DNA of 64,000 bases from Psilocybe cubensis (taxonomy: Eukaryota). Below are positions 50,116 to 63,558 of the stretch, piece after piece; position 1 is the stretch's first letter, and each line of letters opens with the position of its first letter. The notes below the pieces were generated by a model that saw only the letters and a program-made list of their open reading frames with translations, was not told the DNA's origin and did not search any database. The DNA lies in the NCBI GenBank assembly GCA_017499595.2, contig CM039005.1, positions 310,001-374,000 on the forward strand. Direction: 5' to 3'. Position numbers and translations under genes: made by a program.

Positions 50116-50967
50116 ATGAAAATTTCAGCACTCATGTATGTTTTTCTCCTTCAGGTTGTCTCACTTGCTTCGGCAAAAGGAAACCAACACAGAAGTGATA
50201 AGTATCATAAGGATCGCTCATTCATCTTTGGTGGAATGTAAGTCCCTCACTATGCTTTCTGATTTTGATTTTGATATTAACCCCAATACTGTTCTAGGAG
50301 ATTTGGGGAGGGGTATGATCCGGATTGGGCACCAGGAACTTCCCACCACCGATATACGTTTTGGCCTCTATCTTGGCCAGTATCTAATGACGTAACACCG
50401 GGATACGCTGGTTACTTGGATGTACAAGACAAGTATGGCGATTCCAGCAATCCAGACCGTAAGGGCGGGCCGATGACGGTTTTATTTCTTACTGCCGACT
50501 CCACCAACCTCGCCGTTGTCGCAGATCAATACACGACTGAACAATTATCGCTATCTATTGCTGCCAATTGCACCTCATTCGTATCAGAATCTTTTCTGTC
50601 CAATGTAACGGATAGTATCAAAACTTATGAAGGCATTCCTCGACCAGAGAATGTTTTACAGTACTATCGATCCAGCAGCATTGCGCTTGCATCGAGCGGG
50701 TACATCAACAATGCGACGTATAGTGCGCCTGGTACTCCGGATACTGAAGTTCCACAATTATTTGGACTGCAGTGCTTCAACCAAACCATTGGTAACACTG
50801 CACCTCTATCTATAGAAATGAAAGGAATAGACGGAGTGAAGATTGCTGGGGTCATCTTGTCAGTACTGGTTGGTATGGCATTTATGATCTTGGGTACACT
50901 TTATTGTTACCGTTCTTACCTCAAGAAGAAGGTTCAGAAAAAGCGGGATATGGTTCCCCTCTTTTAA
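50116..50967 (+). CDS. Uncharacterised type-I membrane glycoprotein (signal peptide plus C-terminal TM), 2 exons
   Basis: MKISALMYVFLLQVVSLASA; FWPLSW, YGDSSNPDRKGGPM, PENVLQYYRSSSIAL..GYINNATY, CFNQTIG; TM IAGVILSVLVGMAFMILGTLY followed by KKKVQKKR. Confidence 0.75.
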
Positions 50968-52770
50968 TATCTTCTGTGTAATAACTGCCAATGGAGTTTA
51001 AAGCTATAAAGCACTTCTGACGTTTTAATTTGGCGTTTGATACTTGTTTCCTTCATCGATCATCGGCGCACGATATATCCGACGTAGAACTTGGGATTTG
51101 GAGAGCTATAAATACTGATTCAGGTTTACTACAATAAATCAAATATATCTTGGTTCCTATGCGTTTATCGACATGAAAAATAGACTGCTATCAAATTGTA
51201 GCAACAAACGCTAAAATACTAGGGGAATTTCGTAAATCATCGAAATGATAGAGGCTGTACAAACAATTGAAAGGGACAAGCAACAGGTACGGAAACGGAA
51301 CAACGACTTAGAGGAACAAATTTCATGGTCCGTGATCAGCGATAGGAGTTTTCAGGAGTTGTATCCTTGTTCTAAAGATTGCTCGTACATTCGGCTGTAT
51401 CACCACCCGATACATCCGCGGGCGCTTGCAGGAAACGCCCTGTCTACCTGTTAAGATGGTGCTTATTGTACTTTTCGGGCCGCCTTGTCATTTCGGCTTC
51501 TAGATGGCAGTCATTTACGTCATTCTGCGGGCCCATGAGGACGTTCCTTCGACCAACTCTGGATACGTTATGTGCGATAGTGTTACAACTGAAGTCAAAT
51601 ATCCGTTGAGCATTATGAATCCGTGGTGCTGAAGGACATCTAACACCTTCCGCCGATCTCAGTCTTTGTCCAGCCGAGGCTATTTCACCCGAAATACATT
51701 AATTCGCTGTATCGAAGCAGGTGGGTGTATATATGCAATGACAGCCTGTTGTACAAGTAGTGAGAACCAGCATCCATGTGGTATAACGGGTGACTGACAC
51801 ATTTCACAGGCTACCTCCGAGGGGATTCACTGGAGGTCTTGGAGACGTCCGTCTGTGTCAACGCTGAGTGTAGTGCAATAAACTTTCAACACTACACGCG
51901 TTACATGCCCAATGCCCCAATTTACAGTAGAGAATAATAGGGGGGGTATTCACTCTTTAGTCTTATACAATGACGATGGCCGGAATATGAGTTGGATAAA
52001 ACGACAATCATGGTCGAGAAGAAAGGATCTCGTATATTCAGTGATTCGTCGAAACAAACATGATTGTGTGTAACAGAATGAACAATTATGTATCAACACT
52101 AACGGCCCGTTTCTGCACCTGAAAGACCCTTGTGGAGGGTACTCGGGAATTTGTCAAATCGCGGACTCGGGATCCGTCTCTAAAATATTTTCAATTCTCA
52201 TGGGAAGAGGATGCTCATAGATACAGCACGATCGAGCTGGTTCCCTGGTTGGTGATATTGACTGTCACGAAAATGTCATGTTATTGATAATACACACGAC
52301 CCCAGGTATCAAAGTCCCAACCAAGTTGCTTCACTCGCCAATCAGAACAAAGAGTGAAGCACGGCAGTGAACCGAACCAACATTGTGAACCTGTTAGATT
52401 TATGGCTCAAAAAAGAGACTTTGGGCATCTGAACCAGTTCATTTATTTGACAGACAGATGGTGAGATACCACGGTGGACCCTGACCACGCAAACGAGCGC
52501 AAATATCACTTTCTTCTACCTTATCAAAATAACCAGAATGTCTTTTGCTCTGTTACAAGAACGATACATCACACCTATTTGCAGTCATCTACCACCCCAT
52601 CTCATCATATCATCGTAATTTTAACCTACATCGTTCCCTTGCAATTCTGACCTCATAGGCTCGAAGGTATAGTATTTCCACACACACACAATTCCTCTAA
52701 ACTTGTTGCGCTTACCCGTTAATCCATGTCCATAGATCATTTAAAAAAGTAAGGGTCAGTTGAAACAATC

Positions 52771-53487
52771 ATGCCCGCGTTTTTATTCCACTCGACGTCA
52801 ACCTATTCGACGCCCTCCCTCAACGATCAAGGACTAGCTCACAATGAAGGGCAACCAAACGCAACGGTTGAAGATGATTTCCAGCCGTTTCCATCCCTTT
52901 CCCAACCACCACCACTCGACCGCAAACGTCATATTCCTTTGCCAGTTTTGACCAACCAAACCTCTACATTGAATGGCCTTTTAATGTCTAGCTGGGAAGA
53001 AAAGGCACACATACAGTGGGACATTACACAACGACCCGGAGAAGCACAGTTTGCAGGTATCAAGTCGGATGACACCATGGCGAGACGAGACGTGTTTTGG
53101 GGGAATGCAACTTGCCCTCCCACCAACGAGTACATTAAAATTCGTATCGGAGCAAATTTTGCGTTCTTGGATATAACCGTAACGCCAAGCGGCCCACTTA
53201 CGATACTGGATGTCCTCAATGCAGTTTATCAAGGGGTGCGCGAAGAGGCGCTCAAAAGATGGCGTAGTGGAAAGTTTGAGGGAGGTGATGTTCCACCGCG
53301 ACCTCCGTTCGCTTTGATGCGTGACGGAAGGTCGCAAGACGAAACAAAGCTGGCAGAGTCAGAAGTCCCACGAATAATCCGGGCCCATATGCAAGGGATG
53401 ACCCGATGGGCAGGACTCCACAAACCTCATCGAGATGAGGGCGGTGTGTGGCTTTTGAAGATCGCCCCGGCACAAAAAATGATGTGA
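52771..53487 (+). CDS. DUF6699-like protein (paralogue 4), intronless
   Basis: LNGLL, IQWDITQRP, NATCPP, LTILDVLNAVY, HMQGMTRWAGL...GVWLLKI. Confidence 0.75.
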   Translation: MPAFLFHSTSTYSTPSLNDQGLAHNEGQPNATVEDDFQPFPSLSQPPPLDRKRHIPLPVLTNQTSTLNGLLMSSWEEKAHIQWDITQRPGEAQFAGIKSDDTMARRDVFWGNATCPPTNEYIKIRIGANFAFLDITVTPSGPLTILDVLNAVYQGVREEALKRWRSGKFEGGDVPPRPPFALMRDGRSQDETKLAESEVPRIIRAHMQGMTRWAGLHKPHRDEGGVWLLKIAPAQKMM

Positions 53488-54273
53488 TCAGCGAAGTTCG
53501 CCAAGCCCTTGATTCCGATGTCTCCACAGGCAGAGCAGGAGAGAAATAGTATCCACTGGAAATGACGAACGAGATGTAAATTTATCGAACATAAAATCCC
53601 TACTCACATTGTTTATCCATACCAAAATATTTTCAATGTTGTAAATCGCCACTATCTAAGTGCAAGGGTACCTATCAAAGGGGAATTTTTGTGCTTGGTC
53701 AGCGTGAAGAGATTCCCTCGAACTGGATTAGTATCTGCCGAGGTTGTAGAACACATTTCAAGACAGAAAATGGGTTACATACTTTGTTGAGCAAGCCACA
53801 TACAACAGATTTGCCACTGTCGGCGTTGGTGTCATGAATGTTGGAAAGAAAGAAGCTGATAACGGGACCAATTAACTAGAGGCCTCAAGGCTCTGCCCAG
53901 AGTAAAATACAGCCTAAAATAGTAATTCAATGCGTGCCGCCTTTCGGCAAAGGCTACAGTTGTTAAAGACTGCATGCCAAAATGGTAGGCCAGTGACCTG
54001 CCGACGGTCGGCATGTCAGGCGTTACGGGCAGTCACTGCCTTTGTTTTGATTGGTTGTTCAGCCTTTAGAGGGACACACCACAGGCACAAACAGGTAAAT
54101 GTCACTGAAAGAAAATCGAAAAAAGAAATTGCATGTATGATATATTGCGAGTATTACTTTACTGGCATATATCAGTACTGGGGATCTTTGCGATAAATGA
54201 ATCTGGTGAACTGAAAGTTATGTAGTATGTTTTGGAACGGCTATCTCCGTTCGATGGCTTGATCTTAAAGAGG

Positions 54274-55188
54274 TTACGAGTGCTGAACTCTGTACACGAT
54301 GTTTTGTAAGTATGTGAAAATGTATCAAAAACTGTACTCACTGAACAAACCATCTGCCGTCGTTGGCAACACACAACCCCCCGTGGGCATTCTGTGTTGC
54401 CTGGCAATTAGTGGAGAGGAAATCGGTCAAGCTGGCCTGTTCAATATAATCCAATATATCAGAAGAACCTCTTGTCATACAGATACCATGACATACAAAG
54501 TCAGTGCGGCAGTAGTTTAATCCAGTAGATGCTTGATTCAAGAAGAACGATGTGCAGCTGGAGAATGTCAGAGAAACGACGTTATTGGCCTAATAACCAG
54601 CCAATATTATCAGCGTTAACTCAAGAAGTGGAAGATAGTAATATTTCATACCCCATTGTCAATTTCAAATGTTGGAGCTTAGAGTTAGGATTAATAGAAG
54701 CCTCTACCGACACATGTCATGACACATACATATGCTCTGACTCTCAAAACGCAATGCATCAGCAATGATATGGCAATCGTTTGGGTCTGGGCCTCCTCCT
54801 GCTGGATCGTGACAGAACGTTGTGCCTTTAAGCATGAAAATAGGTGATTAGTTCTGAAAATGTATTTGTGACGGCAGCTTAACTTACACGGAGCATCACA
54901 CACGCTTGCAGTTTGACGGGACTCTAACAATGCGCCAACGCCGGATTCAATCGTTGCGGAGTCTGCAATGCCTTCGCAGGTGATAATATCGAGCTTTACA
55001 TTTTTCTCTGCGCCAATGTATTGCGTTGAAGTAATAGCCTGACGTCCTTGGCACATTCTCCCTGGAAAAAGTGTGAATCATCGGTCGACTGGACCTTTAA
55101 TTGGAGCTTTCTCACCAGGTACCAAAGGTGTAGCACTGGTGAAGGCAGCGGTAGCCAAAGCAGTAAGAATGAAAGCTGAGAAGTACAT
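54274..55188 (-). CDS. Small secreted cysteine-rich protein (~190 aa, 10 Cys, 7 exons)
   Basis: Manual splicing gives MYFSAFILTALATAAFTSATPLVPG-RMCQG...ESRQTASVCDAP-CTTFCHDPAGGGPDPNDCHIIADALRFESQSI-SPTFEIDNG-ANNVVSLTFSSCTSFFLNQASTGLNYCRTDF-ASLTDFLSTNCQATQNAHGGLCVANDGRWFVQ-VQHS*; all introns GT-AG and in frame; TATAAAA ~40 nt upstream. Confidence 0.82.
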
Positions 55189-56214
55189 GTCTGTGCTGAG
55201 AGTTTGAGGTAACTGGTACTTCGAGCTTTTATAGAACAAACTCGGTCTGTTCTATTCTAGTTGCCATATGATACTCATCAGAAGGCCCAATTTGACCGTG
55301 ACCGTGTTGGAGCCGCTTGCACTTGTGATTCGAAGTATCTAAGTAAAGCAGAAATACATCTATAACATAGTGCTTCCACAACAGAAGCTCGGCTTTTGCC
55401 CCGAGCATAACGGGCCCTAAGACTGTGTTAGGTATTAGTAAACCAAACTGCTCTCAGTCGGAGTCCAGGTTTTATGATTAATCATTGGTCGACGCGGGAA
55501 TTACTAAATTTGCCAACATCGGCAACACTACATATCTGAACCAAATTTAAAAGCCAGCTTTACAGTCTATTGCATGATTTCCAGACAAAACTTACCCAGA
55601 TCTGAAAGCTGGTTGATTTGTTGTAGTTTTTGAGTTGGGCTAAACTTCTATATGCCTCCTGGCGTTCTTTTGTACATCTCAAGGTGCTCAGACTTGTTGA
55701 GTTAATCATAGTATTTAATTCTCTACAAAGAAGTGTCATCCCACGACGGGGACGACGTGACCACTATGTAGGCCCCAAAAGAAGCCCTATTCAGAAGGAA
55801 TCCAGTTAGAAATTTGGCTCTCCTCTGTTTTATGAGGTTAAATAAGCCCGCGTGGCTCACATGCCGGCATATCGGGACAAATCCAATCAAGGCTTCATCC
55901 GTTGATTTGCAACCAAGAAAGCACTAAGCTATCTTATCCATACATGTGACCAGCCTCGAGGTCTGCCGGGGCATGAATTAAACTGTTGAACTGTCCTGCA
56001 TGCCGCATGATAAATAAGTGCAAGGCATGTCGTGGGATATTATCTTCTTTCATATCGACCACCATCTCCACCGGCGCTTATTGCAACTTAAGTACCTTGA
56101 TTCGCTGATTCGTTATTACCACAAGACCCAGAAGATATGGACGACTTGCCACTTGAGGTGCAAGCAGTTTCTATCTCGGTACGTTTGCTTGATATTTAAA
56201 AACTTTTCATACCG

Positions 56215-56712
56215 ATGAAAAAAATCTTGAAGATTCGTTCTTCTATATCAGGCATGGATGGTCGTGCGGTGTCTCCAGTCATATCACGGACTCCAAGGGC
56301 CACCATACACCCTATCATGGACAAAGAGTCAACGTTGTCCCTTCAAAACCACATGGGAAGTTACCCTGAATATTTCGATTCGTCGATCCCAGAAAACGAC
56401 AGGGTGCCTTGGGCCCTAAAGTTTCTTCCACAAGAACTCGCTGAATACGACGTCAAAAAATTGGAATTCGAGGAAGATAAAAAGAGGTGGGAAGAAGAAA
56501 TGGAGGGATTGCGAGCAGAGAAGCTGTTTGAATTACGCAAGGAAGTTGTACGCGTTTGGCTTAGGAGGGAGCAAAAAGAGTGGGATTTATGTCGGGCCGA
56601 GTGGGAATTACAAAGGAAGAGTCTCAAGGAGAAGATGCGTACCGAGTTAGAGGCGCTAAAATATCAGTTCCGTGCGACACACTCAACATCCCAGGCTTTG
56701 AAGCGGTACTGA
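56215..56712 (+). CDS. Hypothetical protein with a charged coiled-coil C-terminus (5' end uncertain)
   Basis: 165-aa ORF with an E/K/R-rich helical region (EFEEDKKRWEEEMEGLRAE...). Confidence 0.45.
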   Translation: MKKILKIRSSISGMDGRAVSPVISRTPRATIHPIMDKESTLSLQNHMGSYPEYFDSSIPENDRVPWALKFLPQELAEYDVKKLEFEEDKKRWEEEMEGLRAEKLFELRKEVVRVWLRREQKEWDLCRAEWELQRKSLKEKMRTELEALKYQFRATHSTSQALKRY

Positions 56713-57429
56713 ACATTCCCTAACCCACTCGCTACTTGATCAACGTACCCATCATTGTCAGTGGTCAAGTCAGCTCGGTTAATTCCATATACTAATAAAT
56801 CCACTCTACTGTTGATAACTCTAGCATTAGCATCTATACAGACGAAAGGATACCTCTGTCACCTGTGCGTCAATAAATTATGGTATACCGTACACAGTAT
56901 GTGTTGTTCTAGTGGGGTGGGATTTTAACGTTCCTGGATTGAATTTTGCTGAACTTCACCTTTATTATTATTCTACTAGTTCAATAATCTGGCATTATGA
57001 TCTAGCATGATAAGCACAGCGCCGATGTTCAGAATAACCTTGGAATACAAAAGGAGCTTTGTCACAGTGGACACCCACTGGTCGTGTATATCCAAATAAG
57101 GTTGTTGACAAATCCCCCGCAGCTGTTATGCTTTATTTTTAGAACATTGGGGATAACCAATAAAAGAAAAAAAATATAAAACATTCTACGGGGACAAGAA
57201 GTGGGAAACGGAGCTGTCCTTATTCCAGTGATACATAAACAGCAATACAACGGTCGCACCCGGTGGCGAACAATTATTTCAGAATCAATTCAGAAACGTC
57301 ACCAATTTTGGATGCGTCGGTATCGAAATCGACTACATAAGGATCGCTTGAAACATTGGAGTTAGCCTCCTCATCTCACCTGGAACTACTCTTGCAACGT
57401 CCGAGTCTTGATATACCTTACTTTGACTC

Positions 57430-60400
57430 ATGAGTATAAATACAGATACAGGAGAGAAGCAAGGCCTCCCCACTTCGAATGACGTCCCGTCTAGTTCGAG
57501 TGAGCCACAACCTACCGCTCACCTTCACCCGGATTCGAGTAATGCCCCGCAGGTATCGGGTGCTACCAGCCTTCCTCCAGAGGGTGTCGTCGGTGAGGCG
57601 GAAGAGAAGAAGCGAAACTTCGAGCCGGGGAAAGAGCAGGAGGCGCCAACGCGTAAGTTCTTGATTCATCATAACGTCGCATGCTGACGCCCGTGCAGAT
57701 GCAAATGTTGACATGTCCCAGGTCAGTTGGCACTCATTGTTAACTGGCTGTACAAGGACTGAGATACCGTAGATCCATCTGACAGCGGAAGACCTGTACG
57801 ACAAGGACAAGGTCGACCTGGAAACGATAGTTATCGACGATGTTTTCCAGTTATTGCAATGTGACGAAGGTGGTTTATCCACTGAGGAAGCTGAGAGACG
57901 CCTGGAGCTTTTCGGACCGAACAAGCTGGAGGATAAGCAACAAAACCCGTTTCTGCAGGTGAGTCAAGGTCCAGTTGGAAAACAGAACCAGTCTCTCATT
58001 TTAACTACCAAGTTTCTGAGTTTCATGTGGAACCCGTTGTCGTGGGTTATGGAAGCGGCCGCCCTTGTGGCCATTGTGTTGTCTAATGGACAGGGATCGC
58101 CTCCGGATTGGGAAGATTTCTGCGGGATCATCTTTCTTCTTTTCGTCAACTCTGCCATTGGATTCTATGAGGAGAGAAATGCCGGCAACGCTGTCAGGGC
58201 GCTTATGGATGCTCTCGCCCCGAAAGCAAAGGTCAAGCGAAACGGAGCTTGGGGAGAAATTGAGTCTGCGATCCTTGTTCCTGGCGACATCGTTTCGTTC
58301 AAGATCGGAGACATTGTTCCAGCAGATTGTCGACTCATAGAGGCCGTCAACGTCTCCATCGACCAGGCCGCCCTTACAGGAGAGTCTCTGCCGCAGAATA
58401 AGAAGGCTGGTGATCAGTGTTTTTCGTGAGTCCCGCTGGCAATTACAAATGGAAATTGCGCTTTGTTGTCGTTTATTTACTGATTTAATCACGTGACTGA
58501 CAGGGGTTCGACGTGTAAGCAGGGAGAAGCAGAGGCCATTGTTATTTCAACTGGTCCCAACACTTTCTTTGGACGGGCTGCCTCTCTTGTAGGACAGGAC
58601 GATGATACCACCGGACACTTGCAAAAGATTCTGGCTCAGATCGGCTCGTTCTGCCTCATTACCATTGGTATATTCGTTTTGGCCGAAATTTTCGTTCTTT
58701 ATGCTGGTTTTCGATTCAGATATCGCCGAGGATTGGATAACATTCTCGTTCTATTGATTGGTGGAATTCCCATTGCTATGCCCACAGTTCTTTCGGTCAC
58801 TCTGGCTGTAGGTGCTACCCAGTTGGCAAAGTACAAGGCCATCGTCACGCGCATCACTGCCATTGAAGAGCTGGCTGGCGTCACAATCCTCTGCTCTGAC
58901 AAAACTGGCACACTTACCACCAATAAACTGACCATTGATCGCAATACTATCAAGACATACGGTCGTTTCAGCGCTGAAGAAGTTATTCTTCTCGCAGCAT
59001 ATGCTTCACGCGTTGAGAACCAGGACGCGATCGATATGTCCGTGGTCCAAGCTTTAGGCGACTCTGCTCGTGCACGGGCAGGGATCAAGCTTCTTGATTT
59101 CAAGCCATTCAATCCAGTCGACAAGCGAACGGAGATCACATATCGTGAAGAGTCCACCGGGAAACTCAAGCGCGTGACCAAAGGTATGACGGGAATCATC
59201 ATCGAACTTTGCTCGAGAAACAAGACAGAAGAGCAAGAAAAGCGCCTGGAACAAGATGTGGAAGAATACGCTACTCGCGGTCTTCGCGCTCTTGCTGTGG
59301 CATATGAGGAGCTTCCTGGAGACGACTACACTGCTGAAGGCAACGGTTTTGAGCTTATTGGGCTTCTGGCTATTTTCGATCCTCCTCGTTCGGACACCAA
59401 GCAAACTATCGATGATGCCCTTGCTCTTGGTGTAAAGGTTAAAATGGTAACTGGAGACCAATTGGCTATTGCAAAAGAAACAGGCCGCCGTCTTGGGTTG
59501 GGTGACCATATGTATCCCGCCAAAGTCCTTAAGGAGGGTCCTGCGCCTGGGTCGAAGCATGCAAATCTAGACGAGATGATTATGGATGCAGATGGTTTTG
59601 CAGGAGTTTTCCCAGAACACAAGTACGAGATTGTTAAACGGCTGCAGGCGCTAGGCCATCTTGTTGCAATGACGGGAGACGGAGCCAACGACGCCCCTGC
59701 CCTCTCTCGTGCTAACGTCGGAATTGCAGTCGAGGGAGCCACAGATGCAGCTCGCGGCGCAGCCGATATTGTATTGACAGAGCCTGGTCTTTCTACAATC
59801 GTCCACGCCATTCGCCAATCTCGAATTATCTTTCAGCGTATGCGCAACTATGCAATCTACGCGTGTGCTGTGACCATCCGTATTGTGGTTGCATTCGCTG
59901 TTCTGGCCTTCACATACAAGTTCGACTTCCCGCCATTCATGATCCTAATCATTGCTCTGCTCAATGACGGTACCATTATGACCCTGTCTCTTGATCGCGT
60001 TCTTCCTTCTACTGAACCAGATGCATGGGATCTCACAGAGATTTTCTCTTACGCTATTGCATACGGCCTATACCTTACCGCCTCCACGTAAGTCGTTAGG
60101 CACCTCAAATCCAGCTTATACTGATGACTTGGCTCAGTGTTGCGCTGATTGTGGTTATTGTGGAAACTACGTTTTTTCAGCGTAAATTTGGTGTACAACT
60201 CAATCGAGCTGGGCCAGTCGACAAAAATGATCCCCAGCTTCATATGATCGCCTACCTTCAAGTTGCTATCATTTCCCAAGCGTTGATCTTTGTCACTCGC
60301 TCGCATGGTTTCTTCTTTATGGAACGCCCTTCAGTCGCCCTGATGCTCGCGTTCTGCGTGGCTCAACTTATATCCTCTATTATTGCTGCTTATGGTGATT

Positions 60401-60884
60401 GGGGCTTCACAAATATTCACTCTATATCCGGTGGCTGGATTGGCATCGTTTGGGTCTGGGTACGTAAACCTAGACTTCATTTTCAAAATGAAATACATCG
60501 TTAATGCTCCGTTTACCGCAGAATATCATATGGTTCATCCCCCTTGACTGGGTCAAATTTGCCATGAAAGCGACCGTCATCCGGCATCTTCGCAACAAGC
60601 GGTTAGGCGAGTACGCGGAGAGTGGACCACCTCTCGAACGCACGTCATCTCGAGTTGCCTCCATCCATGAATCGCTCTATTCTAATCGTACCACATTCCT
60701 CCGGAGGACCATGCGTAAAGTGGGATTTGGCGGAAAGGTATCTATGAAGCCCGATGAGCTGAAGCGATTCAGCAGCATTCAAGCTGCAAAGACTGGCCAG
60801 ACGCTTGCCAGGTATCCGAGTCGAACGGCGGCAGCAGCTACGGCTGGACCATCCCGTGTCCCAGCTCCATTCACTACGGCCTGA
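57430..60884 (+). CDS. PMA1: Plasma-membrane H+-ATPase (P3A)
   Basis: [84 protein letters not shown]. Confidence 0.96.
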
Positions 60885-63558
60885 ATTATATTGCTTCTTT
60901 CACTGACTGAGATCTGTTTGATCGCAGAGCTTCCATACTTGTTCATACAGGTTATATACCTCGTTCAGATACGGATAGATGTAGCCGTACTGATAATATT
61001 TACCATACACGACCACCGTTGTTAATGCCTATTACGATTGCAATGCCATTTACATACTACACAACTCATACACCTGACGAAACTGTGGGACACTCAATGA
61101 CCGTTTCTTATTACTCCAACCTTTATTTCAGTTACCTCACTCACTTGGTAGTCATTGAAACCCTGGGGCTGCAAATTATGATGTAGGTCTGACATCAATT
61201 TCAGACCTGTCCAAATTGATTTAGGGCCTTTTATCCGTATCGTGACGTGATCTGTTAATGATCACGGAGTAGGGTAAGTAATTAACATATTATAGCCATG
61301 GAGAAGTCATCAGTATGAGTTGAGGCTCAGATATTCCCCTTGTGGAGGCAAGCTTATGTGGAAATAGCAAATTTCAGTTTACAACAAAATTACATTCTTC
61401 GCGAGAAGATGTCGATACTCCTACGTATACAGACAGAACTAACGGCAAGATTAGCATATGCCTACTGTTGAAAATGAAGTCGTACAACATTTTGACTCTC
61501 TCGAGAGAAAACACGCAATCTAGCAAGCGGAGCCTACTGGAATGCTGGCGCATCTAGAAAAGAGAATTCAAAGGACGAGTTAAAAACCTTGTATGTTACA
61601 AAAATGGTCTCCACCCACTTGAAGAATGGTACGGCCCGACAGCAACTAAGGCCTGTGTTACCTGAGTATTAATCCTGTGTAAGCAAAAAATCCAAGGTCT
61701 ATAACAAGTAGGCGTCTAGTTACAGTCCTATGAAACGTGAAAAATCAGTTGAACGCCCGGCTGCCTTCATCTAGTTTAACTTACAGCATCACTTGAGCCT
61801 GGAGAAAGACATAGGCATAAGTTTATCATCGTCAGAACGCTCCGGGACACTGTCATGGATGGGACATACACTGAGCACCAGCACCTCCTCCTGGAATGGC
61901 TAATACAGCTGAGCTAGAGACGAGCATGACGAGAGCAGCGAGGTTGAGTATTTTGACCATTGTATGGGTTGTATTTCAATAGGGATTCTGGTTTATTTTG
62001 CGATGGGTCATTTTCTAGATATTGAGGGTCTTTTATACGCGATTCTGGAGGTACGGCATTTTCCACCCCACCTAGCCAAATCCTTTTGGTTGCTCCAACG
62101 CCCTTTTGCAATTTCCGTCAATTCTAATGGAAGAGGAGCGCATAGACGTGAGCATGACAGGTTTCATAACTTCATAAACGATTAGGCCTGCCTGTCCGAA
62201 TTTCTTATACAAAATCACAATATTTGGAGCTATGGATGTTGGACCTAGATGTCCTACCTCCGAAACGAGTGTCTTTCCAAGGAAGTTCTAGATGAAGACC
62301 ACCTGAAATAGACATATTGGTTAGACATATTCCCACTGACTGGTGCTTTCTAAGCATTTCCAGTCAGGGTTGTAACATTCACCGATACGCCTTTGGACCA
62401 AGATGCATACCAGTATCATACTGGCAATTTGTCAATGAAAAACACTGAACCTTCCACTCTATGTTTACGATGTAAAGCTATAAGATTAAGTGTGAATGCG
62501 GTTATTAGGTACCTGACATGCAGTCAACATCTACAACTAGTATGAATTGAAGACCACAGAAAAAGATTCCAAGCCCAGATACTCTTCAGATGAAATAGAA
62601 TAGCTTTTGTACCCCAAATACAAGGATGCTCTTCACTTTCTCGGTCTTTTCATGTGGAAAATGCTATACGGTTCTAGACTGGCTCATTCTAGCTATGCGA
62701 CCTCTTTCGGGAAGTCTTCATGCATGCCAAAAGCCGACGGATATAGCCGCTCGCATAAAATTGCAAGAGCCGCCCGGTGGAAACGTTGGCGCAGTCTGGT
62801 TCTACCTATAGATCGCGAGCGCTAATATGTAGGCATGCAAAGTTGAAGTACTCTTGCCATCATTTCTGGTCGAAGCTGAAGAGCTTGCTACATTGAGAAT
62901 TTATAGACTTTTGATTATACATGTATATTACACAACAGTCTGATATGTTACAACTATGCTACGTCTTGTATATCTTAAGGATAAGAAATTGAGATATTGG
63001 ATCCCCAGTTTCATAACAAGGTCACTCACGCCTCATTGGAATTGGATCACGAAGATTAGCATACCGCGCCTTCAGGAAGACTGAAACATCTGAGTGGGGC
63101 CAACGGGGTGTAAGCAAATTATCCACTAAATGGAGGTCGTGGCACTTACTTGGGATATGGCACTGCTCGACAACATTTCAAGTTGTGTCTACCTGACAAC
63201 CATACAATATTTAGCACAAGACCACTGCTACTGAGAAACGTTTGTTACAATCCTGCAAAACGAAACATTGTGCGTAAATATCAATTGAAGAACATGGCGT
63301 ATAAATTGACATACAGAATCACTGGCGCCTGGATAAAGGAGCATTATAAATGCGACTGTCAGCCACAACGCCTTTAAACCTAGAAAAAAAACGAACATTG
63401 GGCTCCAGGTCCACCACCTGGAATAGCTAGGACAGCCGAGGTGGAAAACAGCAAGACTAACGCTGTGAAAGTAATGAATTTGAACATGGTTATAGGTGGT
63501 GAGGTGTCTTGTCGAGCTGAGCGATGCTATTGAAGAATGAGTATCTTAGGCCGCCGTT

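Noticed and set aside
58699-59811. Antisense ORFs of 160-175 aa over PMA1 (similar ones over the Cu-ATPase)
   Set aside because: Typical reverse-frame shadows of conserved P-type ATPase coding sequence.
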